Source of the DNA: a virus
DNA: 48,550 nt
IMG/VR virus record: IMGVR_UViG_3300033174_000005
Reading direction: 5' to 3' (one strand)
Position 1 is the stretch's first letter. Each line of letters begins with the position of its first letter. Position numbers and translations under genes: made by a program. Below the pieces are notes generated by a model. The model ran no database searches. It worked only from the letters and a program-made list of their open reading frames with translations, and was not told the origin of the DNA. This document shows positions 9,287 to 18,212 of this stretch, in pieces.

Positions 9287-9499
9287 TTATTGTCTTATTA
9301 ATTCAATATCAGATATAAGTACATTACCATCGCTTAAAACTTTGAAAGATACTTGTAAATAGTGCCATGTTTGAACATCTATTTTTTCATCTTCCAATAA
9401 GCTTTTCAAATGTTTAGCAAGAGGTATGATTTGTTTCCCATGTTTTTCTGATAATTTATTCAAATAATTTATTTTATCTTCTACTTTTTTTTTATCCAT
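9287..9499 (-). CDS. Hypothetical protein
   Basis: 70 aa, in operon. Confidence 0.55.
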   Translation of the reverse strand: MDKKKVEDKINYLNKLSEKHGKQIIPLAKHLKSLLEDEKIDVQTWHYLQVSFKVLSDGNVLISDIELIRQ

Positions 9500-9501
9500 A
9501 T

Positions 9502-9813
9502 CTATTCAACCCCGTCACCATCTTCATTCCAACTAACATTCTCTTTACTTTTCAATAACCTTATCTGTTCTTCATGATACTTTATCCGCGATTCACGATC
9601 TATCCTTGGCCATTCCTTGTTAATCTCTTTATCGCAGTATTTATTATTAAGAAATTCACAATAATCCCCAGCCAAAGCTCCTGCAATTTCTTTAGAGTAA
9701 AGATTAGTAACTCCTTTTTTGAATGGAAATTCTGCTATAATTTTATTTTCAGGATAAATTTCAATAACTATGAATTTATCATCAAGAGTTATATTAGCTA
9801 TATTGAATCTCAT
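9502..9813 (-). CDS. Hypothetical protein
   Basis: 103 aa, GGGGGAG RBS. Confidence 0.6.
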   Translation of the reverse strand: MRFNIANITLDDKFIVIEIYPENKIIAEFPFKKGVTNLYSKEIAGALAGDYCEFLNNKYCDKEINKEWPRIDRESRIKYHEEQIRLLKSKENVSWNEDGDGVE

Positions 9814-9829
9814 TTTTACTCCCCCTAAT

Positions 9830-10030
9830 TTAAGTTAAGAATAATATAACTAAATTAACAAATATTATGCAACATATAATTCCTATAATAATACCATAAA
9901 CACAACCATATTTTTTACATATAATTTTAAAAAATTTAGTAAATGCAAACCATGTTATGAGGATTAATCCTGTTATTAATGCAGTCACCCCAAATATTAA
10001 CCAGAAACTTATAATTCCCTCAATATTCAT
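9830..10030 (-). CDS. Small membrane protein (2 TM)
   Basis: Two long hydrophobic stretches; GGAGTGA RBS. Confidence 0.6.
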   Translation of the reverse strand: MNIEGIISFWLIFGVTALITGLILITWFAFTKFFKIICKKYGCVYGIIIGIICCIIFVNLVILFLT

Positions 10031-10037
10031 ATTTCAT

Positions 10038-10238
10038 TCACTCCCTCATAAATTTATTGAAAGCATAAATACTAAAAACCCCCATGCCACTAAGATTTGC
10101 TTGATGAACTAATTCTACGCCTTTATGTGCTTTTTCTTTTGACATACCCCGCAATCTCAAATAAGTTATTTCTTTTAAATGTTTTTCACAATATTTTTTT
10201 TTTATAGTATGATCTCCACATATTTCACAGAAAGTCAT
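10038..10238 (-). CDS. Small zinc-finger protein
   Basis: CEICG...YCEKH. Confidence 0.6.
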   Translation of the reverse strand: MTFCEICGDHTIKKKYCEKHLKEITYLRLRGMSKEKAHKGVELVHQANLSGMGVFSIYAFNKFMRE

Positions 10239-10244
10239 TATTAT

Positions 10245-10469
10245 TCACTCCTTTATTTCATTTAAGGGTACACATTCACTTCCCGGATGCCCTACACAAT
10301 CACTACTGCAATGCATTGTACATGGGTGAGGCACACTGCGACTGCAACTGTATTTGTCACCGTGGTGGGGACAGTTGGGGTTGTTGCAGATTACAAGTTC
10401 ATAACAAGTTTGTGTCTTATGGAGTTTTCGTTGATAATCATCCAATATATCCTCAAACTCCTCACTCAT
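10245..10469 (-). CDS. Small Cys/His-rich protein
   Basis: CNNPNCPHH...CSRSVPHPCTMHC...C...C; GAGGAG RBS. Confidence 0.6.
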   Translation of the reverse strand: MSEEFEDILDDYQRKLHKTQTCYELVICNNPNCPHHGDKYSCSRSVPHPCTMHCSSDCVGHPGSECVPLNEIKE

Positions 10470-10960
10470 ACTATAACCTCTACACTTTCACTTGATTTAA
10501 CACCACTTACAAGCCTGTAACTCTGTGGATTTGTACCCAATCGCACCAAAAAACCAGCACCAACCCAACCACGCAACCATAAACCAATCTTTGCCCGGCT
10601 CAAACCCTGGCTTAACTTTTTATTTAATGGGAACTCTTTAATTATAATATTATACAAATTCTGACTATTACAAACATATTCCACGCCTTTATATGTTATA
10701 TAATTAAATACCTCCTCCTTCAAATCCTTCCACTTTCTTATCTTTTTAGGTCCGTTACGTTCATAATATTTTTTCATAAAATTAGTGTTGATTTTTTCAC
10801 GATTTTTATAATAATATTTTTTAGATGTTTTTCTCACTTTTTCACGATTTTTAGATCTCCATACAGTATGGGCGCATTGTGGCTGGCAATATTTAGCATC
10901 TCGGCGTGTGGCTGTGAACAATTCTCCACAAACTGGACAAATTCGTTGATAAACTGGCAT
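10466..10960 (-). CDS. Zinc-finger, probable DNA-binding protein
   Basis: CPVCGELF...AKYCQPQC, basic linker, possible C-terminal winged helix. Confidence 0.65.
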   Translation of the reverse strand: MPVYQRICPVCGELFTATRRDAKYCQPQCAHTVWRSKNREKVRKTSKKYYYKNREKINTNFMKKYYERNGPKKIRKWKDLKEEVFNYITYKGVEYVCNSQNLYNIIIKEFPLNKKLSQGLSRAKIGLWLRGWVGAGFLVRLGTNPQSYRLVSGVKSSESVEVIV

Positions 10961-11394
10961 TATAATGTTCTCCTACTATCATTTTTATGTGGAAGCCATA
11001 ATATTTCCAAAACAAATTTTCTTGGCAGTGTGAATGTGAACCATCCATCAAAAAAGTTTAAATCATATTCTTTCACACCATTTTGGTGTATCTTTTCCAT
11101 AAAATCTTTCATTCGTTTAATGCTTTTAAGATACACTTCTATCACATGATTATCAAGTCCATTATATAATTTAATACCATCTGTGCCATATACTCGTTCC
11201 ATATCCTTTTTTATCAATTCCTCGCAAGGGTTAAGATGTGTAAGTTTATGACAATTTTTGCAATGAAAGAAATAGTCAAAGGTTTCTGGGTAAAAATGGA
11301 ATAGGGTTGCGTTGCCCTGGCAGTGTTTGCATGTTATATTTTTCTTTTTTTGGTTTTGGATTTCTTTTTTAACAGTTTCAATGCCTCTAATCAT
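10960..11394 (-). CDS. Zinc-ribbon protein
   Basis: CKHC...CKNC. Confidence 0.6.
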   Translation of the reverse strand: MIRGIETVKKEIQNQKKKNITCKHCQGNATLFHFYPETFDYFFHCKNCHKLTHLNPCEELIKKDMERVYGTDGIKLYNGLDNHVIEVYLKSIKRMKDFMEKIHQNGVKEYDLNFFDGWFTFTLPRKFVLEILWLPHKNDSRRTL

Positions 11395-11409
11395 ATAAAA
11401 ATCCCCTTT

Positions 11410-11817
11410 TTATGATGGAAACATTGAATGTAATAAATTTTCAATTGCAAAATATTGGGGATAATATATTTGTAAAATACTACTACCAACAAACCAAATA
11501 ATAAAAGGGACTAAACAAATAAGAATTGGATAAATTAATCCACAATAAATGACGTATTTTTCATTAAGTTTTTCAATCTTACTATAATTTATATATGTAT
11601 TATCATCATCGTTTTCTATCCTTCTTTTCTCCTTGAAATATTCTAAAATTTTTTTAATTAATAATATTGTAATTATTAGGAGGGATACTGCGCAAATAAT
11701 GGTTAAAATTCCAAACGCCCACTGTACCCCTGTATATATTTTAAATATTTCTTCAACTGCTATTCCTAATTTATCTGCTAATTCTATCAATACTGTTCCT
11801 ATATCCATTGGTCTCAC
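11410..11817 (-). CDS. Membrane protein (start probably MDIG at 11808)
   Basis: Two TM segments; GGGGTGAG RBS overlaps the annotated GTG. Confidence 0.6.
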   Translation of the reverse strand: MRPMDIGTVLIELADKLGIAVEEIFKIYTGVQWAFGILTIICAVSLLIITILLIKKILEYFKEKRRIENDDDNTYINYSKIEKLNEKYVIYCGLIYPILICLVPFIIWFVGSSILQIYYPQYFAIENLLHSMFPS

Positions 11818-11844
11818 CCCTTTTTTAAAAAATAATATTGTGTG

Positions 11845-12249
11845 TTATGATTTATATCCCAACACTGTTTTAGCTTTGTTAAATGTTGCTTGGTTAATTT
11901 TCTTATTTTTCAAGAATTTATCAAGGATTTTTAGCAACATAGATGGTGTGATTTTCTCAATTTTTACTCCTTTTTCGTCGAGTAATTGTTGTGTGGCTTT
12001 TTGTATTGTTTTATTTTTCACTGCTTTACTTGTGTCCTCTATTTCAACCATGCCCAGCACACCGCCGGATGCCATGCCACGCCGGCCGTTGCCGAGGTCT
12101 TCACGGTAGAATATTGTGCGTTTCTCGATGTCCACGTCCATGATTAATACGTTTGGGATTTTCTTTTTGCCGTGTTGTAGGTCTACGATGCAGCCTTTGA
12201 AGTCGATCCAGTGTTTTTTGTGAGGTGGTAAACCATTCTGCTTATTCAT
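11845..12249 (-). CDS. Hypothetical protein
   Basis: 134 aa, overlaps the ERF stop. Confidence 0.6.
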   Translation of the reverse strand: MNKQNGLPPHKKHWIDFKGCIVDLQHGKKKIPNVLIMDVDIEKRTIFYREDLGNGRRGMASGGVLGMVEIEDTSKAVKNKTIQKATQQLLDEKGVKIEKITPSMLLKILDKFLKNKKINQATFNKAKTVLGYKS

Positions 12250-12944
12250 ACTTTCAACCCTAATTCTTTTTTACACTGATTAAACTCGTCCTGTGTTATG
12301 GTTTCCTCACCCAGCATATCCTGCAACTCTTTAAGTATATGTTCAAGGTTTAGTTGTATTCCACTAACTCTAAGGGTTTCTATGGCTGTGTCAATGTGTG
12401 GTTTCTTCTCTAATACTTTAATATCCAACTCTTTACCTGTATTCTCTTTAGTTCGTCTTACTTTTCTCTTCTTAGTTCCAGACTTGGGCTTAACCTTTTT
12501 AGGCGTATCCTCTTCTACTTTTTCATTAGTCTTGTTTATACTAGCAGTGTTTCCATCGTCATCGTCTTCGCTACTTATACCAAGTAACGCGGTTAATTGA
12601 TAACGGCGTGCGTAGGTTATAGCACTCCCCGCTCCTTGTGGTGTTTTTTTATCTAATTTTAAGTAAAGTTTATCTGTTTCATAAGATTCCCCGCTCTGAT
12701 GAAACAATATAGTTTTAACAAAAATATGAGGATAAGGATTAGCAGCATTATCATAAATTAATTCTGATCCTGTGTTTTGAATTAACACTAATCCTTCTTT
12801 TGTTAAAAGCGGTCTTATCTCTTTTAGTATTTCAGGTAGAGGAGCGTATTTGCTCTTAAAAAAAGGATTTGTAGCTGTGTTCGGAGGATTTGTGATCTTT
12901 TCTTGTACTTTACATAACGCTTTGATAAGATTAGAATTATACAT
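12246..12944 (-). CDS. erf: ERF-family single-strand annealing recombinase
   Basis: NPFFKSKYAPL and PQGAGSAITYARRYQLTALLGI signatures. Confidence 0.9.
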   Translation of the reverse strand: MYNSNLIKALCKVQEKITNPPNTATNPFFKSKYAPLPEILKEIRPLLTKEGLVLIQNTGSELIYDNAANPYPHIFVKTILFHQSGESYETDKLYLKLDKKTPQGAGSAITYARRYQLTALLGISSEDDDDGNTASINKTNEKVEEDTPKKVKPKSGTKKRKVRRTKENTGKELDIKVLEKKPHIDTAIETLRVSGIQLNLEHILKELQDMLGEETITQDEFNQCKKELGLKV

Positions 12945-13458
12945 CCTTATCTCCTTCTCTTGCTTTGACTTTTACTATACGGAAGGTATTCCACACTGTT
13001 CTACTACGAATATGTTCATTTACTATTCCTTCTACAAATCCAAGACCATTAATGTATTCTCTTAACTCTTCAAAGCTGATAGTGTGTATATTGTTTTTTC
13101 CCTCAAAGTCAGGGTCATAGAGTGATTCTATACTGTCAATGATATCATAAAGAACGCTTCCCTGCCGTGCTTGTTGTTTATCTTTACTGCCTTTAGTGTT
13201 TACACGGATATGGAGTTTTTCCTCAGTTTCTGTGTCAGCTATATATAGATTTGCACTGTATTTTTTGACCGTTTTACCAGTGTTACTGTCTTCAAATTCA
13301 TTTTCATATATTTCTGTTAGAAATGGTTCACCCTGGAAGATTGATTCATCTTCTAATTCATTGAGTTTAAATGTTTCATAATCTCTTGTATCAGTTCTAT
13401 TATTATCTAATTCTTTATTTTCGCTTTCTCTTGTTTTAAATACAGTCATGTTATGCAA
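12937..13458 (-). CDS. Acidic hypothetical protein next to ERF (possible ssDNA-binding partner)
   Basis: 173 aa, beta-rich and acidic; function inferred from position only. Confidence 0.55.
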   Translation of the reverse strand: MHNMTVFKTRESENKELDNNRTDTRDYETFKLNELEDESIFQGEPFLTEIYENEFEDSNTGKTVKKYSANLYIADTETEEKLHIRVNTKGSKDKQQARQGSVLYDIIDSIESLYDPDFEGKNNIHTISFEELREYINGLGFVEGIVNEHIRSRTVWNTFRIVKVKAREGDKDV

Positions 13459-13837
13459 CCTCTGTTGGTTCTGTTAAATCAGTTTCTATTTCAGATATGG
13501 GTTGTACCCATCCATTATTTTGAAAATCTACCACTACACGCACCTTAATATCTTCCACGTCCAATTGCTTTTCCAGTTTACACACATCAAACATTTCATG
13601 CTTAAATGCCAGGCTTGCCTCTAACTCCTTTAACTCCATTATTAAATCCTTTGTTTCTTCATAGACAATACTGTCACGTTGCTCCTTGTTAGAACGGCCC
13701 TCAATCATATGTTTTTCAAGATATTTGTCCATATGGAGTTGTATATCTGCAACTTTTTCTTTATACTTTCGTCTTGCCTTTTCTACACGTTTTTTACAAT
13801 CCTTTATTTCTTTCACCTGTTTTTTTAGTTCATTCAT
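13451..13837 (-). CDS. Coiled-coil hypothetical protein
   Basis: Heptad-like, charged; GAGGT RBS. Confidence 0.6.
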   Translation of the reverse strand: MNELKKQVKEIKDCKKRVEKARRKYKEKVADIQLHMDKYLEKHMIEGRSNKEQRDSIVYEETKDLIMELKELEASLAFKHEMFDVCKLEKQLDVEDIKVRVVVDFQNNGWVQPISEIETDLTEPTEVA

Positions 13838-13882
13838 TTTCTGATCGACCTCTATTTTTTTTTATAGTTCCCCTAAATGGGA

Positions 13883-13965
13883 TGGGTGCGCCGGGATTCG
13901 AACCTGGAAATCTTTTGAGGGGGGGGTTAAATCAAAGAGAATAGAACCACAACCAGTGGACACCC
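13883..13965 (-). tRNA. Degenerate tRNA-like gene (isotype unclear)
   Basis: Acceptor GGGTGTC/CGCACCC+A, T-arm CCAGG-TTCGAAT-CCCGG; aberrant D arm and enlarged C8-containing anticodon loop. Confidence 0.55.
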
Positions 13966-13988
13966 AAAAAAATGAAATGATAGGGTTT

Positions 13989-14018
13989 AACTTCGCTATA
14001 TTACTCTATAACGAAGTT
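13989..14018. promoter_or_regulatory. lox/dif-like palindrome, copy 1
   Basis: AACTTCGCTATA-TTACTC-TATAACGAAGTT. Confidence 0.75.
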
Positions 14019-14031
14019 CATGACATTATAT

Positions 14032-14352
14032 TTAATCCATCACCCTTTCTGCTGCTTGGGTGTACGGATTTAATTCCCGTTGCCGGACAACCTCATAAAC
14101 ACCCCGCTCCAACGGTATAGGATGATGATCTTCATGCACAAGCGTTAACTCACCACCAGTAACTTCTAAGACGGTTATCTCCCCATCCACACCATAACTA
14201 TTAAAACCATCTTGTTCTTGGATTTGGTGGTGATGGCCAGTGACTTCACCTTCCTCTATCCGTCCATGTCCTATTTTTTCCAATCCTTTTGGTACTTCCC
14301 CTATTTTTTTGAATAATAAATCTCCATGTCTAAATAATTCCATATATATCAC
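14032..14352 (-). CDS. His-rich cupin-like protein (R(H/Q)GD / GExTGHxH type)
   Basis: FRHGDLL, EEGEVTGHHH, LVHEDH, YEVVRQRE. Confidence 0.7.
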   Translation of the reverse strand: MIYMELFRHGDLLFKKIGEVPKGLEKIGHGRIEEGEVTGHHHQIQEQDGFNSYGVDGEITVLEVTGGELTLVHEDHHPIPLERGVYEVVRQRELNPYTQAAERVMD

Positions 14353-14373
14353 TCCTTCATTTATCTTTTTTTT

Positions 14374-15771
14374 TTATGTTTCTATTTCAGGTTTGTATGT
14401 TTCCTTGTTTTGACCAGGGAATGTCCATGCCAGTGCCTCAACAGCATCCGTAAAAGTGTTAGGCACACCCAGATAATGCACATGCCCCGTGCTATGACAC
14501 ACTACACGAACAAAACTTATATAATCCCCAGCTATTTCATCTACTTCTCTACTTCTAAGCAACATCACCTCCTGCCTGTGATCTATGAATGGGCTTTGAT
14601 TATCATTTAATATTTTTTGTAGTTCATAGTAACCCTTGCTTGGCACGGTCTTACTTTCCAGTGTAGCTGTGTCAATCACCTCTAAATCAAGTAGTTCAGC
14701 GAAACGGTCACCCCCTATTATTTCATAGACGCTTCGCCGTACCTCAGCATTCCGTATTTGTAATATATCCTCCTTTGTAACATTCTCTTTCTCGGTGATG
14801 AATTTTTCTGGCACATTCACACCATGCCAATAATATAGTTTCCATCCATCATTCCATTCTAAAGCAGCTCCGTGTTCACAATGTAATCTTTTATCAGTGT
14901 CACGTTTGATATAAAGAGGGTTTCCACAAACAACTGCTAATCCTTTGAGGAAGACTGCATAAAACACCCGCCCTTCTTTTAAATATTTTTTATATTTACT
15001 GAATTCTTTGTGTTTGAATATTCCTATTTTTTCCCAGTATTCGTAGAACGCCCCCCAATCGGCGTCGTAGCCGAATGTGCACCATGCAGGATTAATATAT
15101 TCAATTTCAGAAGCATGGACAGAATCATAGACAGAATCCCTGACAGAAGCATGGACAGAATCATGGACAGAATCATGGACAGAATCCCTGACAGAAGCCC
15201 GGACAGAAGCCCAGACAGAAGCCCGGACAGAAGCATGGACAGAAGCATGGACAGAAGCCCGGACAGAATCATAGACAGAATCATGGACAGAATCCCTGAC
15301 AGAATCATGGACAGAATCATGGACAGAATCCCTGACAGAATCCCGGACAGAAGCACGGACAGAATCCTGGACAGAAGCATGGACAGAATCATGGACAGAA
15401 TCATGGACAGAATCCCAGACAGAAGCCCGGACAGAATCATAGACAGAATCCCGGACAGAATCCCGGACAGAATCATAGACAGAATCATAGACAGAATCAT
15501 GGACAGAATCATGGACAGAATCCCAGACAGGATCTAATATGTTAATTTTTTTAAGGATATGTGCAGCAATTTGACAAGCCATAGGACTTTCAACAAAGAT
15601 TAAACATGGTTTACTCAACCCCGCTAAACCATACATCCATTCCACACCCTCACGGACAACTTTTTTGTTCATTGTAGCGGGTGATTGGTCTTGGAAAAGG
15701 TTTAACCATTCATCCCGGATTGTGGGGATTAATTCTTTTTGTTCTTTTGTTAATTCCATTATTCTAGTCAT
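14374..15771 (-). CDS. DUF6745-like protein with an internal tetrapeptide-repeat array
   Basis: LTKEQ..L....W start; RLHCEHGAALEW.DGW..YYWHGV; NAEVRR; VCHSTG...YLGVP; ALAWTF. Confidence 0.7.
   Translation of the reverse strand: MTRIMELTKEQKELIPTIRDEWLNLFQDQSPATMNKKVVREGVEWMYGLAGLSKPCLIFVESPMACQIAAHILKKINILDPVWDSVHDSVHDSVYDSVYDSVRDSVRDSVYDSVRASVWDSVHDSVHDSVHASVQDSVRASVRDSVRDSVHDSVHDSVRDSVHDSVYDSVRASVHASVHASVRASVWASVRASVRDSVHDSVHDSVHASVRDSVYDSVHASEIEYINPAWCTFGYDADWGAFYEYWEKIGIFKHKEFSKYKKYLKEGRVFYAVFLKGLAVVCGNPLYIKRDTDKRLHCEHGAALEWNDGWKLYYWHGVNVPEKFITEKENVTKEDILQIRNAEVRRSVYEIIGGDRFAELLDLEVIDTATLESKTVPSKGYYELQKILNDNQSPFIDHRQEVMLLRSREVDEIAGDYISFVRVVCHSTGHVHYLGVPNTFTDAVEALAWTFPGQNKETYKPEIET
15110..15529 (-). 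repeat. 12-bp coding tandem repeat, 35 units of V[HRYWQ][DA]S
   Basis: GACAGAATCATG-type units counted in the translation. Confidence 0.95.
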
Positions 15772-15808
15772 TAAACTCCTCCTACAAAATTGAATGTGTT
15801 CACTTCAT

Positions 15809-16030
15809 TTATCCCCACATCAACCATAAAAACATCGCAACAATAAAAGCTGTGTATATGAGCCAAAACAAACCAGCCATGTTAGGAGTGTCCCTATGGC
15901 GTGGGTGTAAGTTCATAGGGACGTTTGGTGATATGTTAAGCTGATCCTTGTTTATCCGTGCACCGCATTTAGGGCAGTGATAATTATATTGTGACATGTG
16001 CATTATTGAATCACAGACGGGGCAGTTCAT
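15809..16030 (-). CDS. Zinc-ribbon protein with C-terminal TM anchor
   Basis: CPVC..CPKCG and a hydrophobic C-terminus. Confidence 0.65.
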   Translation of the reverse strand: MNCPVCDSIMHMSQYNYHCPKCGARINKDQLNISPNVPMNLHPRHRDTPNMAGLFWLIYTAFIVAMFLWLMWG

Positions 16031-16638
16031 TTAACCACCCCTTCCATATTAGCACCATATAAGTTAGCACTTCTTAAGTTAGCACCTCTTAAGTTAGCAC
16101 CATATAAGTTAGCACCTCTTAAGTTAGCACCTCTTAAGTTAGCACCATATAAGTTAGCACTTCTTAAGTTAGCACCATATAAGTTAGCACCTCTTAAGTT
16201 AGCACCATATAAGTTAGCACTTCTTAAGTTAGCACCATATAAGTTAGCACTTCTTAAGTTAGCACCTCTTAAGTTAGCACCATATAAGTTAGCACCTCTT
16301 AAGTCAGCACCTATTAAGTTAGCACCTCTTAAGTTAGCATATTGTAATTGTTTTAGGCTGTGTTTCATGATAAAAGGTTCACTCACACTCCGTGCTACAT
16401 CCCAAACCTCCCTTGGTGGTTGTTCACCACATAAACCCTTACCTAATGGTAATTCTTTATATCCACGGTCAAAGACAAGGTTGGATGGGTATAATAATTC
16501 AAAGCGGTATGGTTCTATTTTTCCATATTGAAGAGCTTCATCTTCTTTGCATAGTTTATCATGTGATGATATGCCCGTGCAAAGCCCACGTAATCGTCCA
16601 TATTTACGGTATACTAGTACGGCTATTCCATTACACAT
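16027..16638 (-). CDS. Pentapeptide-repeat protein
   Basis: 20 A[ND][LM]xx units at the C-terminus. Confidence 0.9.
   Translation of the reverse strand: MCNGIAVLVYRKYGRLRGLCTGISSHDKLCKEDEALQYGKIEPYRFELLYPSNLVFDRGYKELPLGKGLCGEQPPREVWDVARSVSEPFIMKHSLKQLQYANLRGANLIGADLRGANLYGANLRGANLRSANLYGANLRSANLYGANLRGANLYGANLRSANLYGANLRGANLRGANLYGANLRGANLRSANLYGANMEGVVK
16039..16338 (-). repeat. 15-bp coding tandem repeat (20 units)
   Basis: GCTAACTTA-AGAGGT/TATGGT/AGAAGT units. Confidence 0.95.
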
Positions 16639-16805
16639 ATTGTAACTCCCCCTTCTTTTATGAATTGTTTCAATGCTTTCCGGAGCTGTACAACCCTTAC
16701 TTTATCACGTGTCAGTAATTGATGTTCCTCTAACTCTTTGATTTCATTTAATATCATTTCCGCGTCTGATTGGATATCTGTGAGTATTATTTCAGTTATA
16801 TCCAT
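16623..16805 (-). CDS. Hypothetical protein
   Basis: 60 aa, coiled-coil-like. Confidence 0.5.
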   Translation of the reverse strand: MDITEIILTDIQSDAEMILNEIKELEEHQLLTRDKVRVVQLRKALKQFIKEGGVTICVME

Positions 16806-16899
16806 TATAACACCCCTTCTTCTATTTCTCTTTCCTTCTTTAAAAACAATAAAAACTCATCAGTATCCAAAACCCTTAAAAGAATGTTAATATCATTAT

Positions 16900-17160
16900 T
16901 TAACATTCCGGAACCTCCTCAGCATTCACAATTTCCTCTGGGGTGTCAAGGATTTCACCAATTTCGGGGTTTTTTAGTGCCTCTGCTAATTTTTTGCCCA
17001 TGTTTGTTAGTTCATATTGTTCTGGGCATATCATGAACATAACAAATCCTTTAGGGTGTGTTTGGAATGATTCGTAGATGGGTGTGCATCCTTTTTTTAA
17101 GTGTTTGTTTACATTGTGTTCAAAGTCGGCTATGTTGTGACCAGTAACAACTTTAATCAT
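16900..17160 (-). CDS. Hypothetical protein
   Basis: GGAGG RBS, overlapping stop/start. Confidence 0.6.
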   Translation of the reverse strand: MIKVVTGHNIADFEHNVNKHLKKGCTPIYESFQTHPKGFVMFMICPEQYELTNMGKKLAEALKNPEIGEILDTPEEIVNAEEVPEC

Positions 17161-17462
17161 AGTTCCGCCTCCCTTTCTCTCAAAATAATTCTCTTTTCTT
17201 TTGGTATTAACTCAATAATTTCCTTAAGAGTAGGTGCTTTCTTTTCACCCAAAAATTCTGCTTTTAAACCATCCGCATTTAAACCAAACTCATGAGTATA
17301 AACGGGTCTTCCTAAAACATTTTCAACAGCTTCATGAAACCTTTCAAAAGGTATACATAGTTTTGGTGTGAATAACTGAAATTGGACAACCTCCATATCT
17401 GACCATTTTTTCCAAACATCACTTTCATATATACTGATTGCTTCTTGTTTTGTCAATTCCAC
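17157..17462 (-). CDS. Conserved-looking phage protein
   Basis: FQLF...LC.PF..FHEAVE.VLGRPVYTHEF motif. Confidence 0.7.
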   Translation of the reverse strand: MELTKQEAISIYESDVWKKWSDMEVVQFQLFTPKLCIPFERFHEAVENVLGRPVYTHEFGLNADGLKAEFLGEKKAPTLKEIIELIPKEKRIILREREAEL

Positions 17463-17611
17463 ACCATCACACCCTTAAAATCATGTTAGGAGGTGAGTGT
17501 AGCAGCCACCAAACCAAGAGTAAAACCACTACACCCACGAAGGCAGAAAATAATAACCTTACATCAATCGTTATGAAACGTCCACTATTTGTCTTTGGGG
17601 GATTCAACCGC

Positions 17612-17875
17612 CTATTCATCTAAATCCCCCACATCAATCATATATTTAGTAGCGCAATTATTACAAAGAGGAACACGACAAGGATCATCCAATGCCAACA
17701 ACTCCCCACAAATAACACATTTAAAACCTAAAAATTCTTGAACAACCCGTGTCAAAACATCAATATTCTTCTCCAAATTTTTCACTCGATCAAAAAGATC
17801 ATCCACATCATCATCAATACTAAACAATGGGTCTTTCCTAATTTTTTCATCATCTTCATAAAAACATTCATTCAT
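17612..17875 (-). CDS. Zinc-finger protein
   Basis: CVICG...LCNNC. Confidence 0.6.
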   Translation of the reverse strand: MNECFYEDDEKIRKDPLFSIDDDVDDLFDRVKNLEKNIDVLTRVVQEFLGFKCVICGELLALDDPCRVPLCNNCATKYMIDVGDLDE

Positions 17876-17889
17876 AAAAACAGTCCCCC

Positions 17890-18102
17890 CTATTGATTCA
17901 TTAGTCCAATATACTTTTTGGGTTCTGGGAGTGTGCGTAAACCTACCTCCACATCACCATTGTTATAGATTTGAAAATCAGAATCCATAACAATCATTAA
18001 ATCCATTGCAATTCTTTCAAGATGGTTATTGAATCCAATCTTTTCTTCTATTTTTTTAAAAACAGCATTTCTCGTTTTTTCATCTATATTTTTTTTAAAC
18101 AT
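17890..18102 (-). CDS. First gene of the leftward early operon, hypothetical
   Basis: GGGGTGA RBS; TATA box about 75 nt upstream. Confidence 0.6.
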   Translation of the reverse strand: MFKKNIDEKTRNAVFKKIEEKIGFNNHLERIAMDLMIVMDSDFQIYNNGDVEVGLRTLPEPKKYIGLMNQ

Positions 18103-18162
18103 TCCTATTTCACCCCTAAAAATTTGTTTACTTTAATCTCTTTTTTTTTATAGTTGTATTTG

Positions 18163-18212
18163 TATGTCAAAGAGGTATATATACTTTTCTGTTTTTATGT
18201 CAAAATGTCATA
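18163..18212 (-). promoter_or_regulatory. Early promoter: TATA box flanked by TATGTCAAA direct repeats
   Basis: TATGTCAAA at 18163 and 18196, TATATATA at 18176..18183. Confidence 0.55.

Noticed and set aside
15110-15529. GATTCTGT shared between the repeat unit and the terminal IR
   Set aside because: The 8-nt match is explained by Asp-Ser-Val codons; the rest of the IR does not match.
15010-15537. Long ORFs in other frames over the 12-bp array (15010..15537 +, 15024..15512 -)
   Set aside because: A stop-free repeat with period divisible by three opens several frames automatically; only the frame continuous with the flanking domains is credible.
15110-16338. CRISPR array interpretation of the 12-bp and 15-bp repeats
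   Set aside because: No unique spacers, the units are in-frame coding repeats, and no cas genes are present.
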